54,814 bases of DNA from Terracidiphilus sp. (GTDB taxonomy: Bacteria > Acidobacteriota > Terriglobia > Terriglobales > Acidobacteriaceae): the NCBI GenBank assembly GCA_035692885.1, contig DASSHM010000081.1, positions 1 to 54,814 on the forward strand, in the 5' to 3' direction. The notes below the pieces were generated by a model that saw only the letters and a program-made list of their open reading frames with translations, searched no databases and was not told the DNA's origin. Below, in pieces: positions 38,223 through 48,262 of this stretch (position 1 is its first letter; the number at the start of each line of letters is the position of its first letter). The position numbers and the translations under genes were made by a program.

Positions 38223-39935
38223 ATGGCCAGCGAAGACACGCCCGCATCCCTGCCCGCCCCAGCCGAGGCTGATCAACCCGCCGCCGAATCCGCCGAAGAT
38301 TTCGGAGCGTTGCTCTCTGAGTTCGAGCGTGGCCACACCCACAACGCAGGCGCGGGTTCGCGTCAGCTCGAGGGTACGGTCGTGTCCCTCTCGGCCGAAG
38401 ATGTATTTCTCGACATCGGCTACAAAACCGAAGGGGTCCTGCCGCGCGCGTCGTTCGCCGACAACGCTGAGTCGGTGAACCCCGGCGATGTTATTTTCGT
38501 CTCCGTCAAGGGCCGCAACGAGGAGGGCTACTACGAGCTGTCGCGCTTCAGGGTGGCACAACCCCGCGACTGGTCGGCGCTTCAGGCGGCGCTCGATGAA
38601 AAGCTCGCCGTGGCCGGCACGGTCACCGGCGCCGTCAAGGGCGGCCTCACGGTCGATATCGGGGTGCGCGCCTTCCTCCCCGCCAGCCGCAGCGGTGCCC
38701 GCGACGCCGCGGAGCTGGAGAAGCTGGTCGGAACCGAGATAACCTGCCGCGTCACCCGGCTCGACGTCACCGATGAAAATGTGGTCGTCGACCGCCGAGT
38801 TGTTCTTGAGGAGCAGGCGCGCGCGTCGGCGGAAGCGCGGCTCGCGGCGATGCAGCCAGGCGACGTGCTCGCCGGCACGGTGCGCAGTCTCGCCGCCTAC
38901 GGTGCATTTGTCGATATCGGCGGCGTCGATGGCCTCCTGCACGTCAGCGACATCGCGTGGAGCCGCGTGAGCAAGCCGGAGGACGTGCTCAGCGTGGGAC
39001 AGGAGATCAGGGTCAGAATTCTAAAAATTGACCCCGGCACTAAGAAGATTTCCCTCGGCCTCAAGCAGTTGCAGCCCGAGCCATGGCTGGCAGCGGCTGA
39101 GAAGTATCAGCCCGGCCAGCGCGTCGCCGGAGCGGTTACGCGCCTCGCCGATTTCGGAGCCTTCGTCGAAATCGAGCCCGGCGTCGAGGGCCTGATTCAC
39201 GTCTCTGAAATGGCATGGGGCAAAAAGGTTCGCCACCCCGGCGACATGCTCAAGCCCGGCGATCAGGTCGATGCCGTCATCCTTGCCATCCAGCCCGGGG
39301 ACCGCCGTATCTCGCTCGGCCTGAAGCAGGCCCTCGCCGACCCGTGGGTCGATGCGCAGCAGCGCTTCCCCGTCGGGTCACAGATTGAGGGGCCCATTAC
39401 CCGGCTGATGAATTTTGGCGCCTTTGTCGAGCTCGCCGATGGCATTGAGGGGCTGGTGCACGTCAGTGAGATCAGCGCGGAAAAGCGCATCCATCATCCC
39501 GCCGGCGTGCTGCGCGTGGGGCAGCGCATCAAGGCCCGGGTGCTTGCCATCGACGCGCAGAAGCGGCAGATGAAGCTGAGCATCAAACAGCTCGTGCCAA
39601 CCGGCATCGATGAATACATTGCCGGGCACAAGTCCGGCGACACCGTCTCCGGCCGTGTCGTGCAGGTGTCCGGGTATGAAGCGCGCGTCGAGCTGGGTGA
39701 GGGAATCAACGGCGTTTGCCGCATGACTTCGGCCGGTCCAGCTGTATCGGTCTCCGCTCCCGCCGCCGGGGCTGACCTCTCCGCGCTCACGTCGATGCTG
39801 CAGGCGCGCTGGAAGGGCAAACTCCCCGCATCGCAGGCGTCCGAACCTCTCAGCGAAGGCCAGATTCGCAGCTTTACAATCACCGGCATGAACGCTGAAA
39901 CCAAACTGATCGAACTGGCGTTGGCGGAGTCCTAA
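38223..39935 (+). CDS. ribosomal protein S1-like multi-S1-domain protein (possible rpsA paralogue)
   Basis: Repeated S1 motifs (YGAFVDIGGVDGLLHVSDI, FGAFVEIEPGVEGLIHVSEM, FGAFVELADGIEGLVHVSEI). Sixth domain is divergent. Confidence 0.8.
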   Translation: MASEDTPASLPAPAEADQPAAESAEDFGALLSEFERGHTHNAGAGSRQLEGTVVSLSAEDVFLDIGYKTEGVLPRASFADNAESVNPGDVIFVSVKGRNEEGYYELSRFRVAQPRDWSALQAALDEKLAVAGTVTGAVKGGLTVDIGVRAFLPASRSGARDAAELEKLVGTEITCRVTRLDVTDENVVVDRRVVLEEQARASAEARLAAMQPGDVLAGTVRSLAAYGAFVDIGGVDGLLHVSDIAWSRVSKPEDVLSVGQEIRVRILKIDPGTKKISLGLKQLQPEPWLAAAEKYQPGQRVAGAVTRLADFGAFVEIEPGVEGLIHVSEMAWGKKVRHPGDMLKPGDQVDAVILAIQPGDRRISLGLKQALADPWVDAQQRFPVGSQIEGPITRLMNFGAFVELADGIEGLVHVSEISAEKRIHHPAGVLRVGQRIKARVLAIDAQKRQMKLSIKQLVPTGIDEYIAGHKSGDTVSGRVVQVSGYEARVELGEGINGVCRMTSAGPAVSVSAPAAGADLSALTSMLQARWKGKLPASQASEPLSEGQIRSFTITGMNAETKLIELALAES

Positions 39936-40192
39936 AGGTAGACTTCGTCGATGTAGCACCACCGCCAGTCCTCGCCGCGCTCGGCTGACTGGATTAGCGG
40001 GTGCTGAGTCTCGTGAAAGTGCGCCCGCGCATGGCGATTCTTTGACATGTCACAGCAGCCCACGTGGCCGCACTCCAGGCATATTCTCAGGTGCACCCAC
40101 CTGTCGCCACTCTTCAGGCACTCCTCGCAGCCTTTTGTCCGCGGTTTCACCTGCTTCAAATGTTCAGCGGTATGTGTGCATTCCTTGGTCAT
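39932..40192 (-). CDS. stand-alone UBP-type zinc finger protein
   Basis: CTH...GCEEC.....WVHLRICLECGHVGCCD....HA..HF....HP.......W.WCY.D. Confidence 0.85.
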   Translation of the reverse strand: MTKECTHTAEHLKQVKPRTKGCEECLKSGDRWVHLRICLECGHVGCCDMSKNRHARAHFHETQHPLIQSAERGEDWRWCYIDEVYL

Positions 40193-40222
40193 GATGTGTC
40201 TCCGCTCCGGTTCCGCCTGCCC

Positions 40223-41788
40223 TCAAACTACGCGATACTGCTCCGCCAGCGTGCAAAAGTCCTTCGTCTGCGCGCCAACCCACTTCTCATCGTGGCCCAG
40301 TTCGGTGGCCATCAGTCGCGCCACCGGCTCAGCCATCTCCATCGCCGCCCGGGCATTGAGAAATAATGCCCGCATCCGCCTCGCCAGAACATCTTCCACC
40401 GTGCGCGCCATCTCCGCCCGGACCGCCCACACCGCCTCCGCTGCCAGATAGGGCAGATCTGGATGCAGTTGCCTCGCCAGCGCGGGGTTCTGCGCCAGCT
40501 TCAGTATCGCCTCTGCATCCGCGCCGTATACCTCCAGGCTTCCCAGCTTCTGAGCATCGCGCATATATCCGTGAATGCGCAGATTGCGCGTGGGGCACGG
40601 CTCATCGCGCAGCCTCCCCAGCGTAATGGCGTGGTCCACGCAGTCCTCGGCCATGTGGCGATAGGTGGTCCACTTTCCCCCCGTAATGGTCAGCAGCCCC
40701 GACGCGTCCACATGAATCACATGATCCCGCGACAGCGCCGACGTCCTGCCCTCGCCCTTCACCAGCGGGCGCAGGCCCACATACACGGCCAGCACATCGG
40801 CTCTCGCCGGCGGCCGCGTCAAATACCGCCCCGCCGTTTCAAGGATGAACTCGATCTCCTCCTCGAACGGCCTTGGTTCCAGGCTCGGCGCGTCAACCGG
40901 CGTATCCGTGGTGCCCGCCACCGCGTGCCCGTGCCACGGAATAACGAACAGCACGCGCCCGTCGCTGGTATGCGGAACCATCAGCGCCGTGTCCCCCTTC
41001 AGAAATGAGCGGTCGAAGACCAGGTGAATTCCCTGGCTGGTCACCATCAGAGCCTCGGCATCGGGCTCGGCCATGCGGCGGATTGAGTCCGTGAAGATGC
41101 CGGTCGCGTTCACGACGATGTGAGCGGCAACCGGGATATGCTCTCCCGTCTCCTCGTCGCGGGCGGCCAGGCCGTTGACGTAACCCTCTTCGTCGCGTGT
41201 CAGCTCCGTTGCCGGGCAGTAGTTGACCACCGTCGCGCCGTGATCGGCGGCCGTCATGGCCAGGTGGACGAGCAGCCGCGCATCGTCAAACTGGCCGTCA
41301 TAGTAGACCACCCCACCGCGCAGTTCCTCCGGCTCCAGCCCCGGCAGCCGCTTCAGGGTCTCCTCCCTGGTCAGCAGTTCCGATGCTCCAAAGCCGTACT
41401 TGCCCGCCAGCATGTCGTACAGCTTCAGGCCGATTCCGTAAAATGGCGCCTCCCACCAGGAGTAATTCGGCACCACGAACGCCAGATCGTGCACCAGGTG
41501 CGGCGCGTTCTGGCGCAGCAGGCCGCGCTCCTTCAGTGCCGACATCACCAGGGAGATGTTGCCCTGCTCCAGATAACGCACCCCGCCATGCACCAGTTTA
41601 GTGCTGCGGCTGCTGGTGCCCTTGCCAAAGTCGTGCGCCTCCACCAGCGCCACGTCCAGCCCGCGCGCCGCCGCGTCCACCGCCACGCCCATGCCCGTGG
41701 CGCCGCCGCCCACAATCGCCAGGTCCCACGGCTTCTTTTGCTCAGCCCGCTCGCGCAGCCTGCGGACCATCTCTTCCCTGCGCATCAA
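40223..41788 (-). CDS. glpD: FAD-dependent glycerol-3-phosphate dehydrogenase
   Basis: GGGATG, GTSSRSTKLVHGGVRYL, GQFDDAR, GLRPL, GGKWTTYR. Confidence 0.93.
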   Translation of the reverse strand: MMRREEMVRRLRERAEQKKPWDLAIVGGGATGMGVAVDAAARGLDVALVEAHDFGKGTSSRSTKLVHGGVRYLEQGNISLVMSALKERGLLRQNAPHLVHDLAFVVPNYSWWEAPFYGIGLKLYDMLAGKYGFGASELLTREETLKRLPGLEPEELRGGVVYYDGQFDDARLLVHLAMTAADHGATVVNYCPATELTRDEEGYVNGLAARDEETGEHIPVAAHIVVNATGIFTDSIRRMAEPDAEALMVTSQGIHLVFDRSFLKGDTALMVPHTSDGRVLFVIPWHGHAVAGTTDTPVDAPSLEPRPFEEEIEFILETAGRYLTRPPARADVLAVYVGLRPLVKGEGRTSALSRDHVIHVDASGLLTITGGKWTTYRHMAEDCVDHAITLGRLRDEPCPTRNLRIHGYMRDAQKLGSLEVYGADAEAILKLAQNPALARQLHPDLPYLAAEAVWAVRAEMARTVEDVLARRMRALFLNARAAMEMAEPVARLMATELGHDEKWVGAQTKDFCTLAEQYRVV

Positions 41789-41800
41789 CGACTCCAGTGA

Positions 41801-43288
41801 TTATTCGCTCCAGTTGCGGCAGCGTTCCACCGCGCGCCGCCACTGCGCGCGACGCTCCGTTCGCTCCTCCCGGCTCATCTTCGGCTCAAAGCGCACGTCG
41901 TCCTTCCGTTGCGCGCGCACGGCCTCCTGACCCGCCCAGAATCCCGTGGCCAGCCCCGCCAGATAGGCTGCTCCCAGGGCGGTCGTCTCCGTCACCCGCG
42001 GTCTCTGCACCGGCACGCCCAGCACGTCGGCCTGGAACTGCATCAGCAGATTGTTCACCGCCGCGCCGCCATCCACGCGCAGCGCGTCCAGCGCCGCGCC
42101 GGTCTCGCCGTGCACGGCGTCAAGCACATCGGCCACCTGGAAAGCAATGCTCTCCAGCGCCGCCCGCGCAATGTGACCGGGCGTGGTGTCACGCCGAAGG
42201 CCAATCAGAAGTCCCGCTGCATGAGGATCCCAGTGGGGCGCGCCAAGTCCCACGAACGCGGGCACCAGCACCACGCCGCCTGCATCCGCCTCGCTGGCCG
42301 CCAACGCTTCCACATCTCCTGAGGACTTGATCAGCTTCAGATTGTCCCGCAGCCACTGCACCACCGCGCCACCGATAAAAATGCTGCCTTCGAGCGCGTA
42401 CTCCAGCCGGCCGTGCGCGCTGGCGGCCACGGTGGTGATGAGCCGGTGTTTTGAGCGCACAAATTGGGCGCCGATATTCTGCAGCAGAAAACAGCCGGTG
42501 CCGTACGTGTTCTTGGCCTCGCCCTTGTTCCAGCACAGTTGACCGAACAGCGCCGCCTGCTGGTCGCCTGCGATGCCTGCGATGCTGATGCCGCCCAGTC
42601 CCAGCGAGGTTGTCACGTCGCCCACCACCTGGCTCGACCACGCCACCTCCGGCAGCAGGCTGGCTGGAATCCCAAACAGCCGCAGCAGTTCCTCGTCCCA
42701 CTCGCCTTTCACAATGTTGTAGAGCAGCGTCCGCGAGGCGTTCGTCACATCCGTCACATGCCGGTTGCCGCTGGTCAAGTGCCAGATCAGCCAGCTATCC
42801 ACGGTGCCAAACGCCAGTTCGCCGCGCTCGGCGCGTTGCCGCGCACCCGGCACGTTATCCAGGATCCACCGCACCTTGGTCGCGGAAAAATAGGGATCGA
42901 TGACCAGCCCTGTCCGGTCGCTGATCATATCGCCCTTGCCGCCGGCTTCAAGCCGCGCGCAAAGGTCCGCGGTGCGCCGGTCCTGCCACACAATGGCCGG
43001 ATGGATTGGCTTGCCCGTCGCGCGCTCCCACACGATGACCGTCTCGCGCTGGTTGGTGATGCCGATTCCCGCCACATCGCGCGGCCGCGCGCCCAGCCTG
43101 CCCAGTGCCTCCACCGCACAGCTCAACTGGCTGGTCAGGATCTCCATCGGATCGTGCTCAACCCAGCCCGGCTGAGGAAAGTACTGATGAAACTCGTGCT
43201 GCGCAACCTCGGCTATCGCACCAGTCTCATCAAACAGGATGGCGCGGGAGCTGGTCGTACCCTGGTCAAGAGCAAGAATGTATGCCAT
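41801..43288 (-). CDS. glpK: glycerol kinase
   Basis: [48 protein letters not shown]. Confidence 0.96.
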   Translation of the reverse strand: MAYILALDQGTTSSRAILFDETGAIAEVAQHEFHQYFPQPGWVEHDPMEILTSQLSCAVEALGRLGARPRDVAGIGITNQRETVIVWERATGKPIHPAIVWQDRRTADLCARLEAGGKGDMISDRTGLVIDPYFSATKVRWILDNVPGARQRAERGELAFGTVDSWLIWHLTSGNRHVTDVTNASRTLLYNIVKGEWDEELLRLFGIPASLLPEVAWSSQVVGDVTTSLGLGGISIAGIAGDQQAALFGQLCWNKGEAKNTYGTGCFLLQNIGAQFVRSKHRLITTVAASAHGRLEYALEGSIFIGGAVVQWLRDNLKLIKSSGDVEALAASEADAGGVVLVPAFVGLGAPHWDPHAAGLLIGLRRDTTPGHIARAALESIAFQVADVLDAVHGETGAALDALRVDGGAAVNNLLMQFQADVLGVPVQRPRVTETTALGAAYLAGLATGFWAGQEAVRAQRKDDVRFEPKMSREERTERRAQWRRAVERCRNWSE

Positions 43289-43363
43289 GGGTCTGGTCTT
43301 CCTCGGCAACCAGTCAAACACGCTGAGCGGCGCCCGGGCAAACCGCCGCTGGCCTTCACCCGC

Positions 43364-44812
43364 CTACGTCACGTACAGATCCACGTACTCGTTCACGGCC
43401 ATCTCATCCAGCCGCGCCGGGTTCAATGAGGCGTCCAGGATCCGCTGCTGCCGGCCGGCATCAAATCGCCGCGCCAGATTTCGCTTGAACTTCTCCACCA
43501 GCAGCGGCATGCCCTCCTCGCGCCGCCGCTTGTGCCCGATGGGATACTCCACGGCCTCCTCCAGCACCGCGCCGTCGCTCAGTTCCACGCGCAATGCGTT
43601 TGCGATGGAGCGCTTCTCCGGGTCGTGATAGTCCCGCGTATACTGCGGCTCCTCCACGCAGTCGATCTTCGCCCTGAGCACATTGATGCGTGCATCCGCT
43701 GCCACGTTGTCCTCATAGTCCGCGGCCGTCAGCCGGCCAAAGATCAGCGGAATGGCAACCATGTACTGCACGCAGTGGTCGCGGTCGGCCGGGTTTGCCA
43801 GCGGCCCCTTCTTGTCGATAATCCGCAGGCAGGCCTCGTGAGTTCTGATGGTGATCGCGCGAATCTCCTCCACCCTCCGCCCCAGCGCCTGCATCCGCCC
43901 ATGCAGCGTCATCGCCGCCTCCACCGCCGTCTGCGCGTGAAACTCCGCCGGATAGCTGATTTTGAACAGCACGTTCTCCATCACGTAGGACCCATACTGC
44001 CGCTGAAACGTGAACTCATTCCCGCGGAACGAAACGTCATAAAATCCCCATGTCCTCGCCGTCAGAGCCGACGGATATCCCATCTCGCCCGCCTTGGCCA
44101 TCAGCGCCAGACGCACCGCCCGGCTCGTCGCATCGCCCGCCGCCCAGCTCTTCCGCGATCCCGTGTTGGGCGCGTGCCGGTAGGTGCGCAGGCTCTGCCC
44201 ATCCACCCATGCCAGGCTGATGGCATTGATGGTCTGCTCACGACTCAACCCCAGCAGCCCGCACACCACCGCCGTCGACGCCACCTTCACCAGTACCACG
44301 TGGTCCAATCCCACTTTGTTAAACGAGTTCTCGAGCGCAATGCATCCCTGAATCTCATGCGCCTTGATCATCGCGGTCAGGACCTGCCTCATCCGCATGG
44401 GAGCTCTGCCCTGCGCGGCAGCCATGCGGCTCAGCCAGTCCGCCGTTGCCAGAATCCCGCCCAGATTGTCCGAGGGATGCCCCCACTCCGCCGCCAGCCA
44501 CGTATCGTTAAAGTCCAGCCAGCGAATCATCGCGCCAATGTTGAACGCCGCCTGCACCGGATCCATCTGATAACTGGTTCCCGGCACGCGCGCCCCGTTC
44601 GGCGTCACCGTGCCCGGCGCCACCGGGCCCAGCAACTTGGTGCAGGCTGTGTACTCCAAGGCCTCCAGACCGCAGCCCAGCGTGTCCATCAGGCAATACC
44701 GCGCCGTTGTGTAGGCCGGTTCGCTCTTGATTCCATAGTTCAGAGCGTAGTCTGCGATCTCCGTCATCACCTTGTCTGGCGCCGGACGCTCATTGCTCGC
44801 ATGGGACGGCAC
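43364..44812 (-). CDS. prpD: 2-methylcitrate dehydratase
   Basis: WLDFNDTWLAAEWGHPSDN, YRHAPNTGSRKSWA, KISYPAEFHAQ, ADRDHC. Confidence 0.95.
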   Translation of the reverse strand: MPSHASNERPAPDKVMTEIADYALNYGIKSEPAYTTARYCLMDTLGCGLEALEYTACTKLLGPVAPGTVTPNGARVPGTSYQMDPVQAAFNIGAMIRWLDFNDTWLAAEWGHPSDNLGGILATADWLSRMAAAQGRAPMRMRQVLTAMIKAHEIQGCIALENSFNKVGLDHVVLVKVASTAVVCGLLGLSREQTINAISLAWVDGQSLRTYRHAPNTGSRKSWAAGDATSRAVRLALMAKAGEMGYPSALTARTWGFYDVSFRGNEFTFQRQYGSYVMENVLFKISYPAEFHAQTAVEAAMTLHGRMQALGRRVEEIRAITIRTHEACLRIIDKKGPLANPADRDHCVQYMVAIPLIFGRLTAADYEDNVAADARINVLRAKIDCVEEPQYTRDYHDPEKRSIANALRVELSDGAVLEEAVEYPIGHKRRREEGMPLLVEKFKRNLARRFDAGRQQRILDASLNPARLDEMAVNEYVDLYVT

Positions 44813-44933
44813 ACATCCTCCTTCCGGTGCTCAAGCATTTTTCTGGTTGCCCGGTCTCAAAACCGGTGTCCTGCAGTCAGTGCGACCGCCAGCGAGCATT
44901 GACCTTCCACTCCGCAGGCAAGGCCGCGCATGC

Positions 44934-46109
44934 TCAGGAAATACCGTGGCCCCGTGCGGCTAGCGGCACAAACTCCCGGTTTCCGGGTCCCGTGTAATTT
45001 GCCGATGGACGAATAATCTTGCCATCCGCGCGCTGCTCCATCACGTGCGCGGCCCAGCCCGCCGTCCGCGCCAACACAAACAGCGGCGTAAACAGGTCCG
45101 TCGGTATGCCCATCAGGTGATAGGCCACGGCGCTGAACCAGTCCAGGTTCGGAAACATGCGCTTCGAGTCCATCATCACGCTCTCAATCCGCTCCGCCAC
45201 GGCAAACAGCCGTCTGCCGTCCTCGTCCACGGCCAGCCCCCGCGCCAGTCTCTTCACAATCTCATTACGCGGGTCGCTGACGGTATACACAGGGTGCCCG
45301 AAGCCGATAATCACCTCACGCGCCGCCACCCTCCGCCGGATATCCGCCTCCGCCTCATCGGCATTGGCGTAGCGCTGCTGAATCACCAGCGCCGCTTCAT
45401 TGGCGCCACCATGCTTCGGGCCTTTCAGCGCGCCAATCGCCCCCGTGATGCACGAATGAATATCCGAACCCGTGCCCGCAATCACGCGCGCCGTAAATGT
45501 CGACGCGTTGAACTCATGCTCCGCATACAGGATCAGCGACGCCTGCATCGCCCTGGTCCACTCCGCGCCCGGTGCCTGCCCGCGCAGCAGGCGCAAAAAA
45601 TGCGAGGCAATGGAATCGTCGTCCGTTCCCACGTCAATCCGCTTTCCATTCCGCGCAAAGTGGTGCCAGTAGAGCAGCATTCCTCCCAGCTTTGCCAGCA
45701 GTGCGTCGGCGGCGGCCTTGGCCCCGGCCGCATCGTGCGCCGCATCCTCCGGCTCCAGGCAGCCCAGCACGCTCACGCCCGTGCGCAGCACGTCCATGGG
45801 ATGCGCCGTTCCCGGCAGCAGCTCCAGCGCCTGTTTCACCGCGATGGGCAGCCCGCGCAGCGTCTTCAGCCGCGCCCGGTAGCCCACCAGCTCCGCCGGC
45901 GTGGGCAACTCGCCATGCACCAGCAGGTGAGCGACCTCTTCAAAGGTGCAGTATGCCGCCAGATCATGAATGTCGTATCCGCGATAGTGCAGGTCGTTCC
46001 CGCTGTGCCCCACGGTGCACAGGGCCGTGTTTCCTGCCGGCGTCCCGCTCAGCGCCACCGACTTCTTTGGCTTAAAGCCCGCCGGAGCCTTTTCCTCGGA
46101 TGTGCTCAT
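44934..46109 (-). CDS. prpC: 2-methylcitrate synthase
   Basis: [42 protein letters not shown]. Confidence 0.93.
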   Translation of the reverse strand: MSTSEEKAPAGFKPKKSVALSGTPAGNTALCTVGHSGNDLHYRGYDIHDLAAYCTFEEVAHLLVHGELPTPAELVGYRARLKTLRGLPIAVKQALELLPGTAHPMDVLRTGVSVLGCLEPEDAAHDAAGAKAAADALLAKLGGMLLYWHHFARNGKRIDVGTDDDSIASHFLRLLRGQAPGAEWTRAMQASLILYAEHEFNASTFTARVIAGTGSDIHSCITGAIGALKGPKHGGANEAALVIQQRYANADEAEADIRRRVAAREVIIGFGHPVYTVSDPRNEIVKRLARGLAVDEDGRRLFAVAERIESVMMDSKRMFPNLDWFSAVAYHLMGIPTDLFTPLFVLARTAGWAAHVMEQRADGKIIRPSANYTGPGNREFVPLAARGHGIS

Positions 46110-46156
46110 GTGAAGTCTCCACCAGCCCTTGTGCCGCCGGGTTATCGCCGCCGGGG

Positions 46157-47041
46157 CTACTTCTCGCTGTCGCCCTCGGCCAGCTTTTCATAGGCATAAT
46201 AGTCGAGATATTCATACAATTCCTCGCGGGTCTGCATCAGCGGGACAATACCCCGCTGCGTGCCTTCCTCGCGAATCGTCTTGTACACCTTCAGCGCCGC
46301 CGCATTCATGGCGCGATATGCCGCGCAGCAATAGAGAATGATGTCCACGCCCGCCGCGGCCAGCTCATCGCGGGTCCACAGCGGCGTCCTGCCAAACTCC
46401 GTGATGTTGGCCAGCACCGGCACTCCGGCGGCCTTGCGCAGCGCCGCATACATCGGCAGCTCCGTCACCGCCTCGGCAAAAATCATATTGGCCCCGGCGG
46501 CCACATAAGCCTGCACGCGCTCCGCCGCCCCCGCCAGCCCCTCGCTGGCCAGCGCGTCCGTGCGGGCCATCACCACAAACTGTTCGTCGCCGCGCGCATC
46601 CACTGCCGCCTTAATCCGGTCCGCCATCTCCTCACTGGGTACAAGCTCCTTGCCTGGCCGGTGGCCGCATCGCTTCGCGCTCACCTGGTCCTCCAGATGA
46701 ACCGCCGCCGCGCCCGCCTTTTCCATCGAGCGAATCGCCCGTGCAATGTTCAGCGCGCCGCCCCAGCCCGTGTCGATATCCACCAGCAGGGGCAGTTCGC
46801 TCGCATCGGTGATGCGCCGCACATCCGTCAGCACGTCGTCCATGGTGCTGATGCCCAGGTCCGGCACGCCCAGTGAGTTGGCCGCCACGCCGCCGCCCGA
46901 GAGATACAGCGCCTTAAAGCCCGTGGCCCCGGCCATCCGCGCGGTGTAGGCGTTGATCGCCCCCACCACCTGCAACGGCCGCTCCGCCGCCACGGCGGCA
47001 CGGAATCTGGCTCCCGGCGATTGTCCTTGTCCCTCTGCCAT
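46157..47041 (-). CDS. prpB: 2-methylisocitrate lyase
   Basis: [18 protein letters not shown]...[21 protein letters not shown]. Confidence 0.95.
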   Translation of the reverse strand: MAEGQGQSPGARFRAAVAAERPLQVVGAINAYTARMAGATGFKALYLSGGGVAANSLGVPDLGISTMDDVLTDVRRITDASELPLLVDIDTGWGGALNIARAIRSMEKAGAAAVHLEDQVSAKRCGHRPGKELVPSEEMADRIKAAVDARGDEQFVVMARTDALASEGLAGAAERVQAYVAAGANMIFAEAVTELPMYAALRKAAGVPVLANITEFGRTPLWTRDELAAAGVDIILYCCAAYRAMNAAALKVYKTIREEGTQRGIVPLMQTREELYEYLDYYAYEKLAEGDSEK

Positions 47042-47168
47042 GGCGCATCTTCCTTCCGCCGCATCATATCAGGCCCGCGCGATTTCCCTTTTCACCCTCA
47101 CGGTGCGACAATCATCGCGTCGGCGCCGTCCCGTTTTTTGCAGGGGCCAAGCCCGAAGGAGAATATGC

Positions 47169-47717
47169 ATGAAATATCTTTTGCTCTGCGCAGGCGTCGT
47201 CGTTGCCGCCACCATGACTCTGTCGGCTCAGCCCAAAAAGCCGCCCGCCAGCCCGGCCGCCACCGCGACCGCCACCATTGATCAGAAGACCGTCACCATC
47301 AACTATTCTTCGCCCAGAGTGCGCGGCCGCGAGGGCCACATCTTCTCCAAGGGCGGCCTCATCAGCCACGATCCGCATTATCCCGTATGGCGTGCCGGCG
47401 CCAACGCAGCCACCACTCTGATAACCAGCACCAATCTCAAGATCGGAGACCTTGAGGTGCCAAAAGGTACCTATACCCTCTTCGCCGACATCTCCAACCC
47501 GGACCAATGGGTGCTGGTCGTCAGCAAGAAAACCGGCGAGTGGGGCCTTGCCTATGACTCCACACAGGATCTGGGCCGGGTGAAGATGACCATGGCCAAA
47601 CCGCCGCAGATGGTGGAGGACCTGAAGTACACCATCACCAGCCTGGGCGGAACCAGGGGCAGGATTACCCTCGCGTGGGAGAATCACACCGCTTCAGTGC
47701 CTTTTACCGTGCAGTGA
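47169..47717 (+). CDS. DUF2911-like exported protein
   Basis: AAGGAG SD, signal peptide, ASP...YSSP..RGR..WRAGANAAT pattern. Confidence 0.8.
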   Translation: MKYLLLCAGVVVAATMTLSAQPKKPPASPAATATATIDQKTVTINYSSPRVRGREGHIFSKGGLISHDPHYPVWRAGANAATTLITSTNLKIGDLEVPKGTYTLFADISNPDQWVLVVSKKTGEWGLAYDSTQDLGRVKMTMAKPPQMVEDLKYTITSLGGTRGRITLAWENHTASVPFTVQ

Positions 47718-47826
47718 GCATCACCTCGGCGTCACAACTCCGGGCAGGGCGGCTTTGCAGTCAAATAGCCGCCCACCCGCTAGAATAGAGACAGCGTCTT
47801 ATCCTGCTCCAGAGGGGTAAAGAATC

Positions 47827-48174
47827 TTGCCTTTGTATGCGTACCGCTGCACCCGGTGCGGCCACAACTTCGAGCGCATTCAAAGTTTCAACTCCGAGCC
47901 GGTAACCGAGTGCCCTCAGTGTCACGGCGTCGTGGAGCGCCAGCTTACCGCCCCTGCACTCCAGTTCAAGGGCGCCGGCTGGTATGTCACCGATTACGCC
48001 TCCAGAGGCGGTCCTGCGTCATCCGATTCAGCTTCGACTGAGGCCAAGGCCGCTCCTGACGCCAAGCCATCTCCGCCGGCTGCCGGTTCCAGCCCCTCCC
48101 CCGCCGCTGAATCCAGCAAGGCCGCCGCTGACACATCTTCCGCCTCGCCCAAGCCCCCTGCTTCCGCCGCCTAG
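47827..48174 (+). CDS. FmdB-family zinc-ribbon protein
   Basis: MPLY.YRC..C...CPQC...FKGAGWYVTDY, followed by an Ala/Ser/Pro-rich tail. Confidence 0.88.
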   Translation: MPLYAYRCTRCGHNFERIQSFNSEPVTECPQCHGVVERQLTAPALQFKGAGWYVTDYASRGGPASSDSASTEAKAAPDAKPSPPAAGSSPSPAAESSKAAADTSSASPKPPASAA

Positions 48175-48262
48175 GCGCGGTTTACCGCCAGCCGCGTCTC
48201 ATCCGGTCCCCATTTCATCTGGTCCCCGCCTTATCCGGTCAAAGATAAGATAGTTCCTGCGT

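Noticed and set aside
43532-44902. Long antisense and alternate-frame ORFs (also 14335-15753, 25549-26640, 45045-46193, 49007-50140, 51238-52512)
   Set aside because: They shadow well-supported genes on the opposite strand, which is typical of high-GC codon bias, and show no recognisable motifs.
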